A stretch of 64,000 nucleotides of DNA. Origin: an uncultured Flavobacteriaceae bacterium. GTDB taxonomy: Bacteria > Bacteroidota > Bacteroidia > Flavobacteriales > Flavobacteriaceae. The stretch is taken from positions 66,581 to 130,580 of the forward strand of contig CAVUAU010000007.1 in the NCBI GenBank assembly GCA_963739625.1, read 5' to 3'. The first letter of the stretch is position 1; the number at the start of each line of letters is the position of its first letter. Both the position numbers and the translations under genes were made by a program. The notes below the pieces were generated by a model that was not told where the DNA came from, did no database searches, and saw only the letters and a list, made by a program, of their open reading frames with translations. Positions 49,479-61,174 of this stretch are shown piece by piece.

Positions 49479-50215
49479 ATACCGTGGCTGATTTCAATAT
49501 TTTTTTCTGCAAATTTTTCATGCAGATATTTAAGTATTTCCACTGAATTTGGTGTGTCGCTGTGGAGGCAAAATGTCTGGGCATGACAGGCTATTTTTTC
49601 TCCGTTTTGAGAGATAATTTTCCCCTCCCTAAACATTGAAAAAAGATGGTTAAAAACTTCCTCTTTTTCGGTGATCAAAGCCCCCTCTTTTTTACGGGAA
49701 ACCAAGCTGCCATCAGGGTTATAATTCCGGTCTGCAAAAGCCTCGTAAACGACTCTCAATTTTCCTAAAGCCAGAGTTGCGATCACCGAATTTTTCGGTG
49801 CATAAAGCGCCGGCGGATCATCAAAATCCAAGAGTACATCAATAATGATCTGTGCGATCTTTTCATCTTTTTGAGCATCGTTGTATAAAGCTCCGTGAGG
49901 TTTTACATGAGTTAATAGGCCACCTTCAGCTTCGGTGATCTGCTTCAGGCTTAAGATTTGCGCTTCCAGAGACCGGTGTAGCTCCTTCGGCTCCATTTTA
50001 AGACTTTCCCTTCCGAAGTTCTCTTTATCGGGATAAGAAGGATGAGCTCCTATTTCTACCCCATGCTCCATCGCAAGATCTACGGTATGATGCATACTCT
50101 CAAGATTTCCGGCATGGCCGCCACAGGCAATGTTACAGGCAGAGATGTAGGGCATGAGCTCTTTGTCATGCGCTCCTCCTTCTCCAAGATCGCAATTGAT
50201 GTGTATCTTCTCCAT
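49475..50215 (-). CDS. pxpA: 5-oxoprolinase subunit A (LamB/YcsF)
   Basis: INCDLGEG, NIACGGHAG, GAHPSYPD, HVKPHGALYN, EAFADR. Confidence 0.93.
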   Translation of the reverse strand: MEKIHINCDLGEGGAHDKELMPYISACNIACGGHAGNLESMHHTVDLAMEHGVEIGAHPSYPDKENFGRESLKMEPKELHRSLEAQILSLKQITEAEGGLLTHVKPHGALYNDAQKDEKIAQIIIDVLLDFDDPPALYAPKNSVIATLALGKLRVVYEAFADRNYNPDGSLVSRKKEGALITEKEEVFNHLFSMFREGKIISQNGEKIACHAQTFCLHSDTPNSVEILKYLHEKFAEKNIEISHGI

Positions 50216-50232
50216 TACTTTTTGTTTATGGT

Positions 50233-51457
50233 TTAAAGTCCCTCCAGAATGGTATAAATGGATTTGGCGCCCAGAAAAATCGCAATTCCCAATACAAGCA
50301 GGCCAAGAACATTCTGCAGTAAAGAATTGCGGTACCTGCCCATTACAGCCGTTCTATTCACAATCCAGAACAGAAACACAGCAACCACCGGAAGGAGGAT
50401 TCCATTGGCCACCTGGGCAAATTTGATTACCTCTACCGGCCGGAAGCCGAGGGAGGAAAAGATGACTCCCAGCAATAATACCCCGGCCCATACCATTTTG
50501 AACTTTCCTGAAGTTAAACCTTTTTTCCATCCTAAACAACCTTTGACCACGTAGGCAGCAGCCAGGGGTGCGGTAATAGAAGAGGTGATACCCGCAGCGA
50601 ACAGGCCAAGCCCCATAAACCAGGTTGCATAGCTTCCAAAAACCGGCTCCAGCCCCACGGCCAGGTCGGCGGCATCGTTCACACTGCTTATTCCCGATGC
50701 TGCAGCAGTTACTACGATGGCCATGGAAACAATGCCTCCCAGGGAAATGGCCCAAAACAGCTCTTTTCGGGCAGTCTTTAAGTCAGAATGCTTTCTTCCA
50801 TTTTTCGCTCACCAGCGAAGCGTGCAGGAAAAGGTTATACGGGACGACTGTTGTTCCGATAAGGGCGATAACGGTAAGAATACCTGCAGAGCCCTGAGTC
50901 GGCACAAAAAGGCCTTTTAGAAGATCATATAGGTTTGGAGCCGCAAGTACTGCCGTAACTATAAAGCAAAGGCTCATTAGCGCAACCAAACCTATGAACA
51001 CCCGTTCCAGCAGTTTGTAATTTCCAATAAAAAGCAGGAGGAACGCCAGCAACCCGATGAGCAGGCTGTAAAGATTAAGTTCAACTGGTCCTACCGGAAT
51101 AACTTCCGCAGGAAAGATGGCTGAAATACCAAGCACAGCTCCCGAAATATTGCCCGCTTCATACGCCGCATTGCCCAGCACGATTGCCGAAAAGATCAAA
51201 AGAATTGCAAGGGTCTTAAAAAAGGGATTTTTAAGCTCTTCTCTAATTACTTCACTTAAACCTTTTTGAGTGATAATACCCAGCCGGGCGGCCATTTCCT
51301 GCAGCACAATACAGGCTATTATTGACAACAGCAGCGCCCAGAGCAGTGAAAAACCGAAATTCACCCCGGCAAGCGTACAAACGGTAACCGTTCCCGGGCC
51401 AATAAAAGCCGCCGAGACAAGAATTCCTGGTCCTAAATTCCTGAACCAGGACTTCAC
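50233..51457 (-). CDS. Nramp-family (YcsG-like) transporter, frameshifted near 50740-50790
   Basis: GPGILVSAAFIGPGTVT, LQEMAARLG, IGTTVVPYNLF, AQVANG. Confidence 0.8.
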
Positions 51458-52608
51458 TTTTTAACAGCGCTTTCCTGTAAGGCATACAGTGCAAAAGTGC
51501 CCAACCAGTGGCCGCCCTCGTAGGTGTCGCCTACAAGATTTGGAAAAGAGTAGGCTACATGCTCGTTAGCCAAAGTTTTTAGATGGCCGTATTTTTTTGG
51601 ATACTGTTGAGCCAGCCCGTAAAAGACCCAGGCGCGGCTAAAATTAAGACCGTCAAGGTGCACCAGTTTTCCGTCAGAGCGATCGGAAACTTCAGCAACA
51701 TCAAGTGAGAAATCTTTATTCTTAAGCTGCGGCATAAAATCTTCCATCCAAAGCCTAAAAGCATTTTCCGGCAGGACACGCCTCATAATATCGATCTCCT
51801 CAAAACAGGGCGAGAGAAAATCGAAGCCGCTTGGCTCCCATTCTAAAGGACAATTATCATCGTTCAAATAAAAATCTTTAGCCCTTTTTTCGATCATCAT
51901 CTTAAGGTCATCCTTCCCCGTTGCTACAGCATAATCGTATACAAGGGTAAGTGCAAAAGCGGTATTTGTGTGCTCTCCCACCCGTATTGGATAATTGAGT
52001 TTGGGCAGAAATTCCATGAGCCTTTCTGTAATAAGCGAAGTTAACGGCTGCAGATTCTGTTCCAGCTCTTTTGCAAGAGGATCATCCCAGGTGTGCAACT
52101 CTTCTGCCAGCTTGAGCAGCCAGGCCCAGCCATAGGTACGCTCAAAAGAATTCTCTTCTTTGTTCCTGAAATAATCCACCTCTCCCCGGATATTTTCGGC
52201 GGAAAGTGACTGCTTCAGTTTTTCTCTTATTTCTTCAGATTTTTTGAGTTCAGGGAACTGTTTTAAAAGACTTACCAAAGCCCAATGCCCATGCACCGAA
52301 GAATGCCAGTCAAAGCAGCCGTAAAACGCCGGATGCAGTTCTTTTGGCTCTCCCATTTCCTCTTTTCCCGCCAGGGTTTGATTTAGTTTATTGGGATATT
52401 CCACGTTCATACAGTCCAGCGGCAGTTGCGCCAGTTTATTGGCCTCGGGCAAACTTAGCCTCACCGGTTCTTCCGGCTCCAGCATTGACGCCGCCTTGTC
52501 TACCAAAGTAGAGTCTTGAGCGGTTTGAGGTGTTTCTTCTGAATATTCATCGTTTCCTTTACAATTCATAAGTGCCAGTGCGGCACAAAAAAGAACTATT
52601 TTTTTCAT
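51454..52608 (-). CDS. DUF2891-family lipoprotein
   Basis: Lipobox LMNC; LHPAFYGCFDWHSSVHGHW, FERTYGWAW, HLDGLNFSRAW, YEGGHWL. Confidence 0.85.
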   Translation of the reverse strand: MKKIVLFCAALALMNCKGNDEYSEETPQTAQDSTLVDKAASMLEPEEPVRLSLPEANKLAQLPLDCMNVEYPNKLNQTLAGKEEMGEPKELHPAFYGCFDWHSSVHGHWALVSLLKQFPELKKSEEIREKLKQSLSAENIRGEVDYFRNKEENSFERTYGWAWLLKLAEELHTWDDPLAKELEQNLQPLTSLITERLMEFLPKLNYPIRVGEHTNTAFALTLVYDYAVATGKDDLKMMIEKRAKDFYLNDDNCPLEWEPSGFDFLSPCFEEIDIMRRVLPENAFRLWMEDFMPQLKNKDFSLDVAEVSDRSDGKLVHLDGLNFSRAWVFYGLAQQYPKKYGHLKTLANEHVAYSFPNLVGDTYEGGHWLGTFALYALQESAVKK

Positions 52609-52625
52609 TCAATTTAATTTTTATT

Positions 52626-54164
52626 TCATCCCAGCCAGCCTTCCCGGTCCAGACTCCTGTACTGGATGGCTTCGCTAATGTGGGCTCCTTTAATATTTTC
52701 TGATGCATCGAGGTCGGCAATGGTACGTGAAACCTTGAGGATCCTGTCGTAGGCCCGCGCAGAGAGATTGAGCTTCTCCATTGCCGTCTTCAGCAGTTGA
52801 TTGGAAGCCTCATCTAAAGCACAATGCTCCCGTATCTGCTTTACGTTCATTTGGGCATTGTAATGTACTTTTTCTGAATTTTCGAATCTTTGTGTCTGCC
52901 TTTCCCGGGCCGACACCACCCTCTTTCTTATCTCCCGGCTACTCTCCCCTTTGCGCTTTTCACTAAGCTTTTCAAAAGGTACAGGAGTAACCTCAATATG
53001 AATATCTATCCTGTCAAGGAGAGGTCCACTAATTTTTCCCAGGTACCGCTGCATTTCAAAGGCCGAAGAAGTACCCGGAGATCCCGGCTCATTAAAAAAG
53101 CCACTGGGACTGGGGTTCATACTCGCCACCAGCATAAAACTCGACGGATAAGTCACTGTGAACTTCGCCCTGGAAATGGTCACCTCCCTGTCCTCCAGCG
53201 GTTGCCGCATCACTTCGAGAACGCTTCGTTTGAACTCCGGCAGCTCATCAAGGAAAAGCACGCCGTTGTGTGAGAGAGAGATCTCTCCCGGCTGCGGATA
53301 AGCTCCCCCGCCAACAAGGGCAACATCTGAGATCGTATGGTGCGGACTTCTAAAAGGCCGGTGCGCCATAAGCCCTACCTGTTCTTTGACACGGCCTACA
53401 ACGCTGTGGATTTTTGTAGTTTCCAAAGCCTCGTGTAAGGTCATGGGTGGAAGAATGCTGGGCAAACGTTTAGCCAGCATGGTTTTTCCTGAACCCGGCG
53501 GACCAATTAGAATAATATTATGCCCACCCGCAGCAGCGATCTCCATGCACCGCTTTATCGACTCCTGACCTTTAACATCAGAGAAATCGTGTTCGGGGTG
53601 CTCAAGTTCCTGGTAAAACTCCTGCCGTGTGTCGATAATGGTTTTTTCCAGTTCTTCTCCTTCGTCAAAAAAACCAATGATCTCTTCTATGTTTTCTATT
53701 CCGTAAACATCCAGGCCGCTAACTATTGCCGCTTCTTTAACGTTCTGCTTCGGAAGAAAAAAACCTTTGAAACCTTCCTGTTTTGCTTTTATGGCAATGG
53801 GAAGTGCACCTTTTATGGGTTGTAAACTACCGTCGAGCGAAAGTTCTCCCATGATCACATAGTCCTTGATATCATCGGCTTTGATCTGGCCCGAGGCTAT
53901 AAGAATTCCCATCGCAAAAGTAAGATCATAGGCCGAGCCTTCCTTACGAAGATCTGCGGGAGCCATATTGACAGTAATCTTTTTACCCGGAAAATGGCGA
54001 CCCACGTTCCTCAATGCAGCTGCTATTCTAAAGCTGCTTTCTTTCACAGCACTGTCAGGGAGACCCACAAGATGGTAGCCAATCCCGGTGTCTACGTTTA
54101 CTTCTACTGTAATAGTAGTGGCTTCCACGCCAAAAACAGCACTTCCGTAGACTTTTGTCAGCAT
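52626..54164 (-). CDS. YifB/ComM-family AAA ATPase
   Basis: VGLPD, GPPGSGKT, PFRSPHH, FLDELPEF, SGPLLDRID, LSARAYDR. Confidence 0.92.
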   Translation of the reverse strand: MLTKVYGSAVFGVEATTITVEVNVDTGIGYHLVGLPDSAVKESSFRIAAALRNVGRHFPGKKITVNMAPADLRKEGSAYDLTFAMGILIASGQIKADDIKDYVIMGELSLDGSLQPIKGALPIAIKAKQEGFKGFFLPKQNVKEAAIVSGLDVYGIENIEEIIGFFDEGEELEKTIIDTRQEFYQELEHPEHDFSDVKGQESIKRCMEIAAAGGHNIILIGPPGSGKTMLAKRLPSILPPMTLHEALETTKIHSVVGRVKEQVGLMAHRPFRSPHHTISDVALVGGGAYPQPGEISLSHNGVLFLDELPEFKRSVLEVMRQPLEDREVTISRAKFTVTYPSSFMLVASMNPSPSGFFNEPGSPGTSSAFEMQRYLGKISGPLLDRIDIHIEVTPVPFEKLSEKRKGESSREIRKRVVSARERQTQRFENSEKVHYNAQMNVKQIREHCALDEASNQLLKTAMEKLNLSARAYDRILKVSRTIADLDASENIKGAHISEAIQYRSLDREGWLG

Positions 54165-54287
54165 TCAAAAATTGTTTTTCTAAATGTAGTAAAAAAATGC
54201 CTTTTTTGAAGAGGCTGCTTCCGCAGCTATAAATAAAAAAAAGCGACTCCCGTTAAGAAGCCGCTTTTAGTAAACAAAAGGAACAGT

Positions 54288-55145
54288 TTACTTTTTTATG
54301 ACGTGCTTTCTGTAGTAATCCAGGATTCCGTCGATTGGTCGCTGAACAATATTCCCGACTTCCAGGCGGTAAGGCTGCAACGCGTCCATTATTATATCCT
54401 GTGAAAAATAGGCAATGGAACCTACAAAGTGAATGGGCACATTTTGAGCTTCCTTAAAGCACAATACCCTGTGCTCAATGAAGTTCTGCATTCCTTCGGC
54501 GATCAATTGATAGAAATACCCGTTTCTCTCATTTTTGAAAATAAATTCGGCGAAATGAGCCAAATATGTATTGGGATTCTCCTTTTTGTAGATGTTCTCC
54601 TTAATGGCATCTGAAGAAAGATCGTATTCTTTTTCAAAGATCTCTGCCAGTTTGCGTGGCATCTTACGGTAGTAGTAATCCCTTATTAGTCGCTTTCCGA
54701 AGTAATTTCCGCTGGCTTCATCCATAAGAATGTAACCAAGAGAATCTACGGCTGTCTTAGCATCTTTTCCATCGTAAAAACAACTGTTGGATCCTGTACC
54801 AAGGATACATACAATTCCCGGTTTATCTGTCACCGCGTAAACCGCAGCGATCATATCTTCCTGTACTTTTACTTCTATAGAGGCTGAAAAATATCTTTCT
54901 AAAAGCCCTTTTAGCAAAGCTGTTGGTTTAGCCGTACCACATCCGGCACCATAAAAGTGGACTTTTTCAACTTTATCTTTTACCTGTCTAAGATCGAAAT
55001 TCTCATCAAGTCGCGCTTCGAGGACTTCGGTTTTAAACACTGCAGGATTTAATCCCTTCGTTCGAGTTTTCAGCACCTGCTCCCCTTCAGAATCCAATAA
55101 GATCCAGTCACATTTGGTAGAGCCGCCGTCTGCAATTAAAATCAT
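54288..55145 (-). CDS. BadF/BadG-type N-acetylglucosamine/hexose kinase
   Basis: ILIADGGSTKCDW, FYGAGC, ILGTGSNS, LGYILMDEASG. Confidence 0.85.
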   Translation of the reverse strand: MILIADGGSTKCDWILLDSEGEQVLKTRTKGLNPAVFKTEVLEARLDENFDLRQVKDKVEKVHFYGAGCGTAKPTALLKGLLERYFSASIEVKVQEDMIAAVYAVTDKPGIVCILGTGSNSCFYDGKDAKTAVDSLGYILMDEASGNYFGKRLIRDYYYRKMPRKLAEIFEKEYDLSSDAIKENIYKKENPNTYLAHFAEFIFKNERNGYFYQLIAEGMQNFIEHRVLCFKEAQNVPIHFVGSIAYFSQDIIMDALQPYRLEVGNIVQRPIDGILDYYRKHVIKK

Positions 55146-55155
55146 AGTGTAAATT

Positions 55156-55184
55156 AAAAAAAGCCCCGAAGTTCCCGGGGCTTT
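55156..55184 (-). terminator. Terminator after gap
   Basis: A7-GCCCCG-AAGTTCC-CGGGGC-TTT. Confidence 0.7.
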
Positions 55185-55190
55185 GAATTA

Positions 55191-56207
<1,017 letters not shown>

Positions 56208-57194
56208 TTATATGGTGGTGATGTTCAACACCCTTCTTAATTCCTTGTCTAGCGGTCGGTTTCCTTTGATGGCCTCTTCAAAATCTACCGAAGTCACCAC
56301 TCTATTTTTCACACCAACCATAACTTTATTTTCACCTCTTAGCAGCGCCTCTATGGCTCCAACGCCAAGCCTGCTGGCAAGCACCCTGTCAAAACAGCTG
56401 GGCGCGCCACCTCGCTGGATGTGCCCCAGTACAGAAACCCTGATGTCGTAACCCTCAAGGTTCTCACCAATATATTCGGCAAGCTCAAAAATATTCTTTC
56501 CACTCTTTTCACCTTCGGCTACTACGATAATACTGGAAGTTTTTCCGGATTTTCTACTCCTTTCAAGAGAAAACAGCATTTGCTCGATCCCCTTATCCTC
56601 TTCGGGAATAAGGATCTCTTCGGCTCCGGCTCCAATCCCGCTGTTCAAAGCAATGTCACCTGCGTCACGACCCATAACTTCCACAAGGAACAGCCTGTTG
56701 TGAGAACTGGCGGTATCGCGAATCTTATCGATGGCTTCCACCACTGTATTTAATGCGGTATCATAGCCAATACAGTAATCTGTCCCGTTGATGTCGTTAT
56801 CGATGGTGCCCGGTATACCAACCACAGGAAAGTTAAACTCTTCCTGAAGTTTCATGGCTCCCGTAAAAGTACCGTCCCCGCCAATAACAACCAGCGCGTC
56901 AATACCGGCGTTGCGAAGATTTTTATAAGCTTTTTCACGGCCTTCTACAGTCCGGAATTCTTTAGAACGGGCCGACTTTAGGAAGGTTCCCCCGCGGTTG
57001 ATTATGTTACGCACAGAACGAGCAGTCAACAGCTCGAAATCATTTTCTATTAGGCCCTGGTAGCCGCGATAGACGCCTACACAGTCGAGATTATAGTAGG
57101 CACAGCTTCTTGCCACTGCCCTTATTGCTGCATTCATTCCTGGAGCATCTCCCCCGGAAGTCAAAACTGCGATCTTTTTTATCTTTTCTAACAT
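56208..57194 (-). CDS. pfkA: 6-phosphofructokinase
   Basis: TSGGDAPGMNA, GGDGT, PGTIDND, EVMGR, LGHIQRGG. Confidence 0.97.
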   Translation of the reverse strand: MLEKIKKIAVLTSGGDAPGMNAAIRAVARSCAYYNLDCVGVYRGYQGLIENDFELLTARSVRNIINRGGTFLKSARSKEFRTVEGREKAYKNLRNAGIDALVVIGGDGTFTGAMKLQEEFNFPVVGIPGTIDNDINGTDYCIGYDTALNTVVEAIDKIRDTASSHNRLFLVEVMGRDAGDIALNSGIGAGAEEILIPEEDKGIEQMLFSLERSRKSGKTSSIIVVAEGEKSGKNIFELAEYIGENLEGYDIRVSVLGHIQRGGAPSCFDRVLASRLGVGAIEALLRGENKVMVGVKNRVVTSVDFEEAIKGNRPLDKELRRVLNITTI

Positions 57195-57243
57195 TGATGT
57201 AAAGCTATTTCAATTAAAGAATATAACCTAATTCGCCCTGAAA

Positions 57244-57257
57244 CTCAAACGTTTTCG
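57244..57257. promoter_or_regulatory. LacI-family-like operator upstream of pfkA-gap
   Basis: CTCAAACGTTTTCG (AAACGTTT core). Confidence 0.45.
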
Positions 57258-57269
57258 GTTAATAAAAAA

Positions 57270-57299
57270 TAAAAATGCTCCTTTTGAGGAGCATTTTTA
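57270..57299. terminator. Intrinsic terminator
   Basis: TAAAAATGCTCCT-TTTG-AGGAGCATTTTTA. Confidence 0.75.
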
Positions 57300-57318
57300 T
57301 CATTTTTTAGGAATATTA

Positions 57319-58752
57319 TTACTTATTTACTAAAATCACGTATTCCCAGGGCTTAAAATTGTACTTCTTGTTTTCTGCCATTTGGAAATCCTTTTTGCCC
57401 ATGTATACCTGCAGGTCAGCAGGCAGCTCAACAGTGAATTCTGTTGGCTTAGAATTAAGATTAGCCAGGTAAACCACTTTTTCGTCTCCTGCACTGCGTT
57501 CAAAAGCCAGGATTTTATCGTCTGCCGAGGTAGTAATTCTCGAATATGCAGCAGCTTCTTTCGCGCCGTGAAGGGCTTCATTATCATTCTTTAGCTCTCC
57601 CAGTTTTTCCAGGACGGGCCACATTTTTCCTTTTGTTTTTGGAATAGTATCTTTTTCAAAGAACAACAGTCTCTTGCTCATGTCATACTCTTGTCCGCTG
57701 TAGATCAATGGCATCCCCGGAATGGTATAGGTAAGGGCCACCATAGCTTCTGAAGCATCTCCCATTCTTTCGAAAACGGTTCCATTCCACGAGTTTTCGT
57801 CATGGTTGGTCACAAAATTCATCAGATAGTCATCCTCTTGATAAGTGGTATCAATCTTTTTCATGTATGCATCCCAGGCCTCCACACTTTTTTTTCCCTG
57901 TGCGATCTGGTTCATCAAGTGATGCCCCTCCCAGTTGTAGCCCATGTCAAAAGAATTGTGGAAAAGATCCTTGTCTTCAGATTCTGCAAGCATAAAAACC
58001 GGCTTGATCTCCTTGATCTGCTTCACGGCCTGGTCCCAAAACTCAGTTGGCACTTCTCCTGCAACATCGGCCCTAAACCCGTCGATGTCATGCTCGGCGA
58101 TCCAGTACTTCATATCATCGGTCATTTCCTTCCAAAGGTCTTTATTTTCGTAATTCAAATCGGCAACATCTGTCCAACCCCATGATTCTCCTGTAGTGGG
58201 ATTGACGGGATCAATAGGCTCACCTTTTTCATTTTGAGTGTAATATTCAGGATTGGTTTTCAGCCATTGATGATCCCAGCCGGTATGGTTTGCAACCCAG
58301 TCAAGGATTACGTACATGCCGTTCTCATGAGCCGCTTCCACCAGCTCATCCAGATCTTCCATAGTTCCAAAATTCGGATTTACAGCCGTATAATCTGAAA
58401 TCGCATAATAACTTCCAAGATATTTCTCCCGCTCTGCAGGATCTTCAATATCTTCGGCATTGCCTCCACCGGTCGCTTTGCGGTTCTTTTCAGAAATTGG
58501 ATAGATAGGCATCAACCAGATCACTTTTACGCCCAGGTCTTTCAACTGCGGAATATCCTTCGTGAAAGCATCAAAAGTGCCCTCGGGTGAATACTGCCTG
58601 ATATTGGCCTCATAGATCACTGCCGACTCCAAAGCATCATCAGTAATTGGCTCCAGTTGCGTCACCATTTGCTCCTCCACCCTATCCTGCGGCTCATTTT
58701 TACAGGAAGTCAGGCTGAGGACGCCCAAAAATAAGATTGCTATTTTTTTCAT
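57319..58752 (-). CDS. GH13 alpha-amylase-family lipoprotein
   Basis: Lipobox LTSC; DWVANH, DGFRADVA, LAE, TNHDE. Confidence 0.88.
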   Translation of the reverse strand: MKKIAILFLGVLSLTSCKNEPQDRVEEQMVTQLEPITDDALESAVIYEANIRQYSPEGTFDAFTKDIPQLKDLGVKVIWLMPIYPISEKNRKATGGGNAEDIEDPAEREKYLGSYYAISDYTAVNPNFGTMEDLDELVEAAHENGMYVILDWVANHTGWDHQWLKTNPEYYTQNEKGEPIDPVNPTTGESWGWTDVADLNYENKDLWKEMTDDMKYWIAEHDIDGFRADVAGEVPTEFWDQAVKQIKEIKPVFMLAESEDKDLFHNSFDMGYNWEGHHLMNQIAQGKKSVEAWDAYMKKIDTTYQEDDYLMNFVTNHDENSWNGTVFERMGDASEAMVALTYTIPGMPLIYSGQEYDMSKRLLFFEKDTIPKTKGKMWPVLEKLGELKNDNEALHGAKEAAAYSRITTSADDKILAFERSAGDEKVVYLANLNSKPTEFTVELPADLQVYMGKKDFQMAENKKYNFKPWEYVILVNK

Positions 58753-58757
58753 AAAAT

Positions 58758-61173
58758 TCATATTTGATTAAATGTAACTGTGGTTATTTTCTTTTTTAAC
58801 GGAATTATCAGCCTGAGATTTTGCCCTTTTTGAGGCTGTTGGAATTTAATGTTTTCCCCGTTCACCTGCACCTGCTGCGGAAACTTTTCCAGGTTGTGAA
58901 TGATCACTTCGATCTTTTCAAATTCTGAAGTCTTTCTTGCTGCACCCCATTCTTTTTCAATGGAAATTTCACGATTTCCCTGCTTCTTTTCTGCGGAAAA
59001 ATTCAGGATCTCAAAAAGGCCTTTTTCGTAGGCTGCTGAAGTTTTCCCGTCGTCCTGGTACAGAATGGCTCCGGAAGTCGCGGCTTCAGCGTCAAAAAAG
59101 TAATGCAGCTCCACGTCTTCAGTAGAAAATTCTGAAGTAGACTGCATTGGCTTGGCCATTGGGATCAAAGCGCCGCCCCTTACAAAGGTCGGGATACACT
59201 CCTCTTTTAGCTGAATTGTTGCTGTGGTTCCTTTCTCATGTTTTTCACCGGTATAGAAGTCGAACCAGTTCGAGGTCTTCGGAAAGTAAACTTCCTGTTC
59301 TAAAATGTTCGGCCTTAAAACCGGCGAGACAAGAAAATTGTCACCCCAAAGGTATTCCCCTGCCATTGAATATAACCTGAAGTTTTCGGGCTCCTCGAAG
59401 AAGAGCGGCCGCATCAACGGCAATCCTTCCAGGCTGTTCCTAAAGGCGAGCGTATAGTTGTAAGGCAATAGTTTGTAGCGAAGTTCTATCGCTTTTTTTG
59501 CCAGGGCTTTTGGTTTTTCGGCACGAAAAACCGGTTCTGATGCTACTGCTTCCTGCGCATGTGGCCTAAACACCGGCTGAAAAACGCCATATTGCAACCA
59601 GCGCGCATACAGTTTGTCGTTTAAATTATCTCCGGCAAAACCACCAAGATCTGAATGCATGTACGCCAAGCCCTGCAGCCCCATTTGCAGCGCGATCTCC
59701 GGCTGAGATTTCAAGCCGCCCCAGCTCCTGCTTACATCGCCGCTCCACGGCATGAGGCCAAACCTCTGTGAACCTGCAGCGCCGGCACGCATGAGGATGA
59801 ACGGCCGCTGCCTCGGAAAATTTTCAGCATAACCGTCATGTATTAATTTTGCCCAGTAATGCCCATAAATATTGTGCACTTCATCGGCTGTACCAATGCT
59901 GTGTAGCAAGGCTTCCGGGTGCACCTCGGGTTCTCCCAGGTCGCCCCACCAGCCATCGACGCCCATTTCTGCCAGGCCTTCATAGATATTCCAGAACCAG
60001 TTCCTGGCTTTAGGGTCAAAAATGTCAATTAATCCGGTATTTCCGAAGTAAAAGTCAAAGGTGAATGGCGCTCCCAAAGAATCTTTCGCCAAAATATCAT
60101 TTTTGACTGCCTCTTCCCAGCGGTTGGAAGTGGTAAGGATGAAAGGTTCGGTAACCAGCACTGTATGCACACCCTGCTTTCTTGAGATCTTTCATCATTT
60201 TTTTAGGGTTGGGAAAAGAATCTCTTACAAAAGCGAGATTTCCCATGGTGCCCTTGATCTCATGCCCGAACCAGAAGAGATCGAGAATGATCGCGTCAAC
60301 CGGAATTTCCTCTTTTTTAAACTTTTTAATGGTTTGCATCACCTCCTGCTGTGAATGATAGCCAAACCTGCTGGAAAAATTCCCCAGTACCCAACGCGCC
60401 GGCATGGGCTGTCTTCCTGTCAAAAGCGTGTAATTTCCAACCAGATCCTGCCAGCTGTTGCCCACCATGAGTTGATACACTTTTCTACCGCTAATGGTCC
60501 CGTAGGTGAGGCTGTTGTCGTGCTCGCTGTCGAGGTCGAGAAAACCTTTGGGCGCATTATCGAAATGCAGCGCATATTTTTTTGAAGACAGCACCACCGG
60601 CAATGTGTAGTTCAAAAGCTTACTATTACTGATGTAACCGTAATGTGCCTTGTTGTACAGCTCCAGTTTATGTCCCCGCCGGTTCATGCCTAAAGCCCGG
60701 GCGCCACCACCAAAAAGCACTTCGGTTTCATCGAGGTTGAACTGAAGCTGCTCCTGTCCCGCCTCTTTAAAATAACCTGTCTTTTCGGAAATTACTTTTT
60801 CTCCGTCATAATAATAGGTGACCTGAAATGGCATTTTTGACACCTTTACATCAATGCCATCTGTATCAATGATTATCTGCTCTGAATCTTCGGAAACAGT
60901 AAAGTTTACCTGCTGAGGCTGCAGCACCACCGCATGTGAAACTGTATCAAAGGCTTCTCCCGTCGGGACGAAGGCAGTTTCGATGATCTCGGGAGTGTAT
61001 GGTCTAAAAATGTACTTTCCGTCGTTGGTTTGCAGCTCAACTGCATGCTCTTTCTGCTCCAGACTCACAAATTCCCTATCCGGATTCTGGGCAAATGAAA
61101 TTGCGGAAACGAACAACAGCAGACTGAAAAATGCCTTTTTTGAGACCTCTTTAAAAGTGAAATTTGCTGCCAA
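58758..61173 (-). CDS. GH31 alpha-glucosidase, frameshift near 60172
   Basis: SRFGY, ILDLFWF, WWGDLGEPE, WSGDV, HSDLGGF. Confidence 0.88.
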
Positions 61174-61174
61174 T

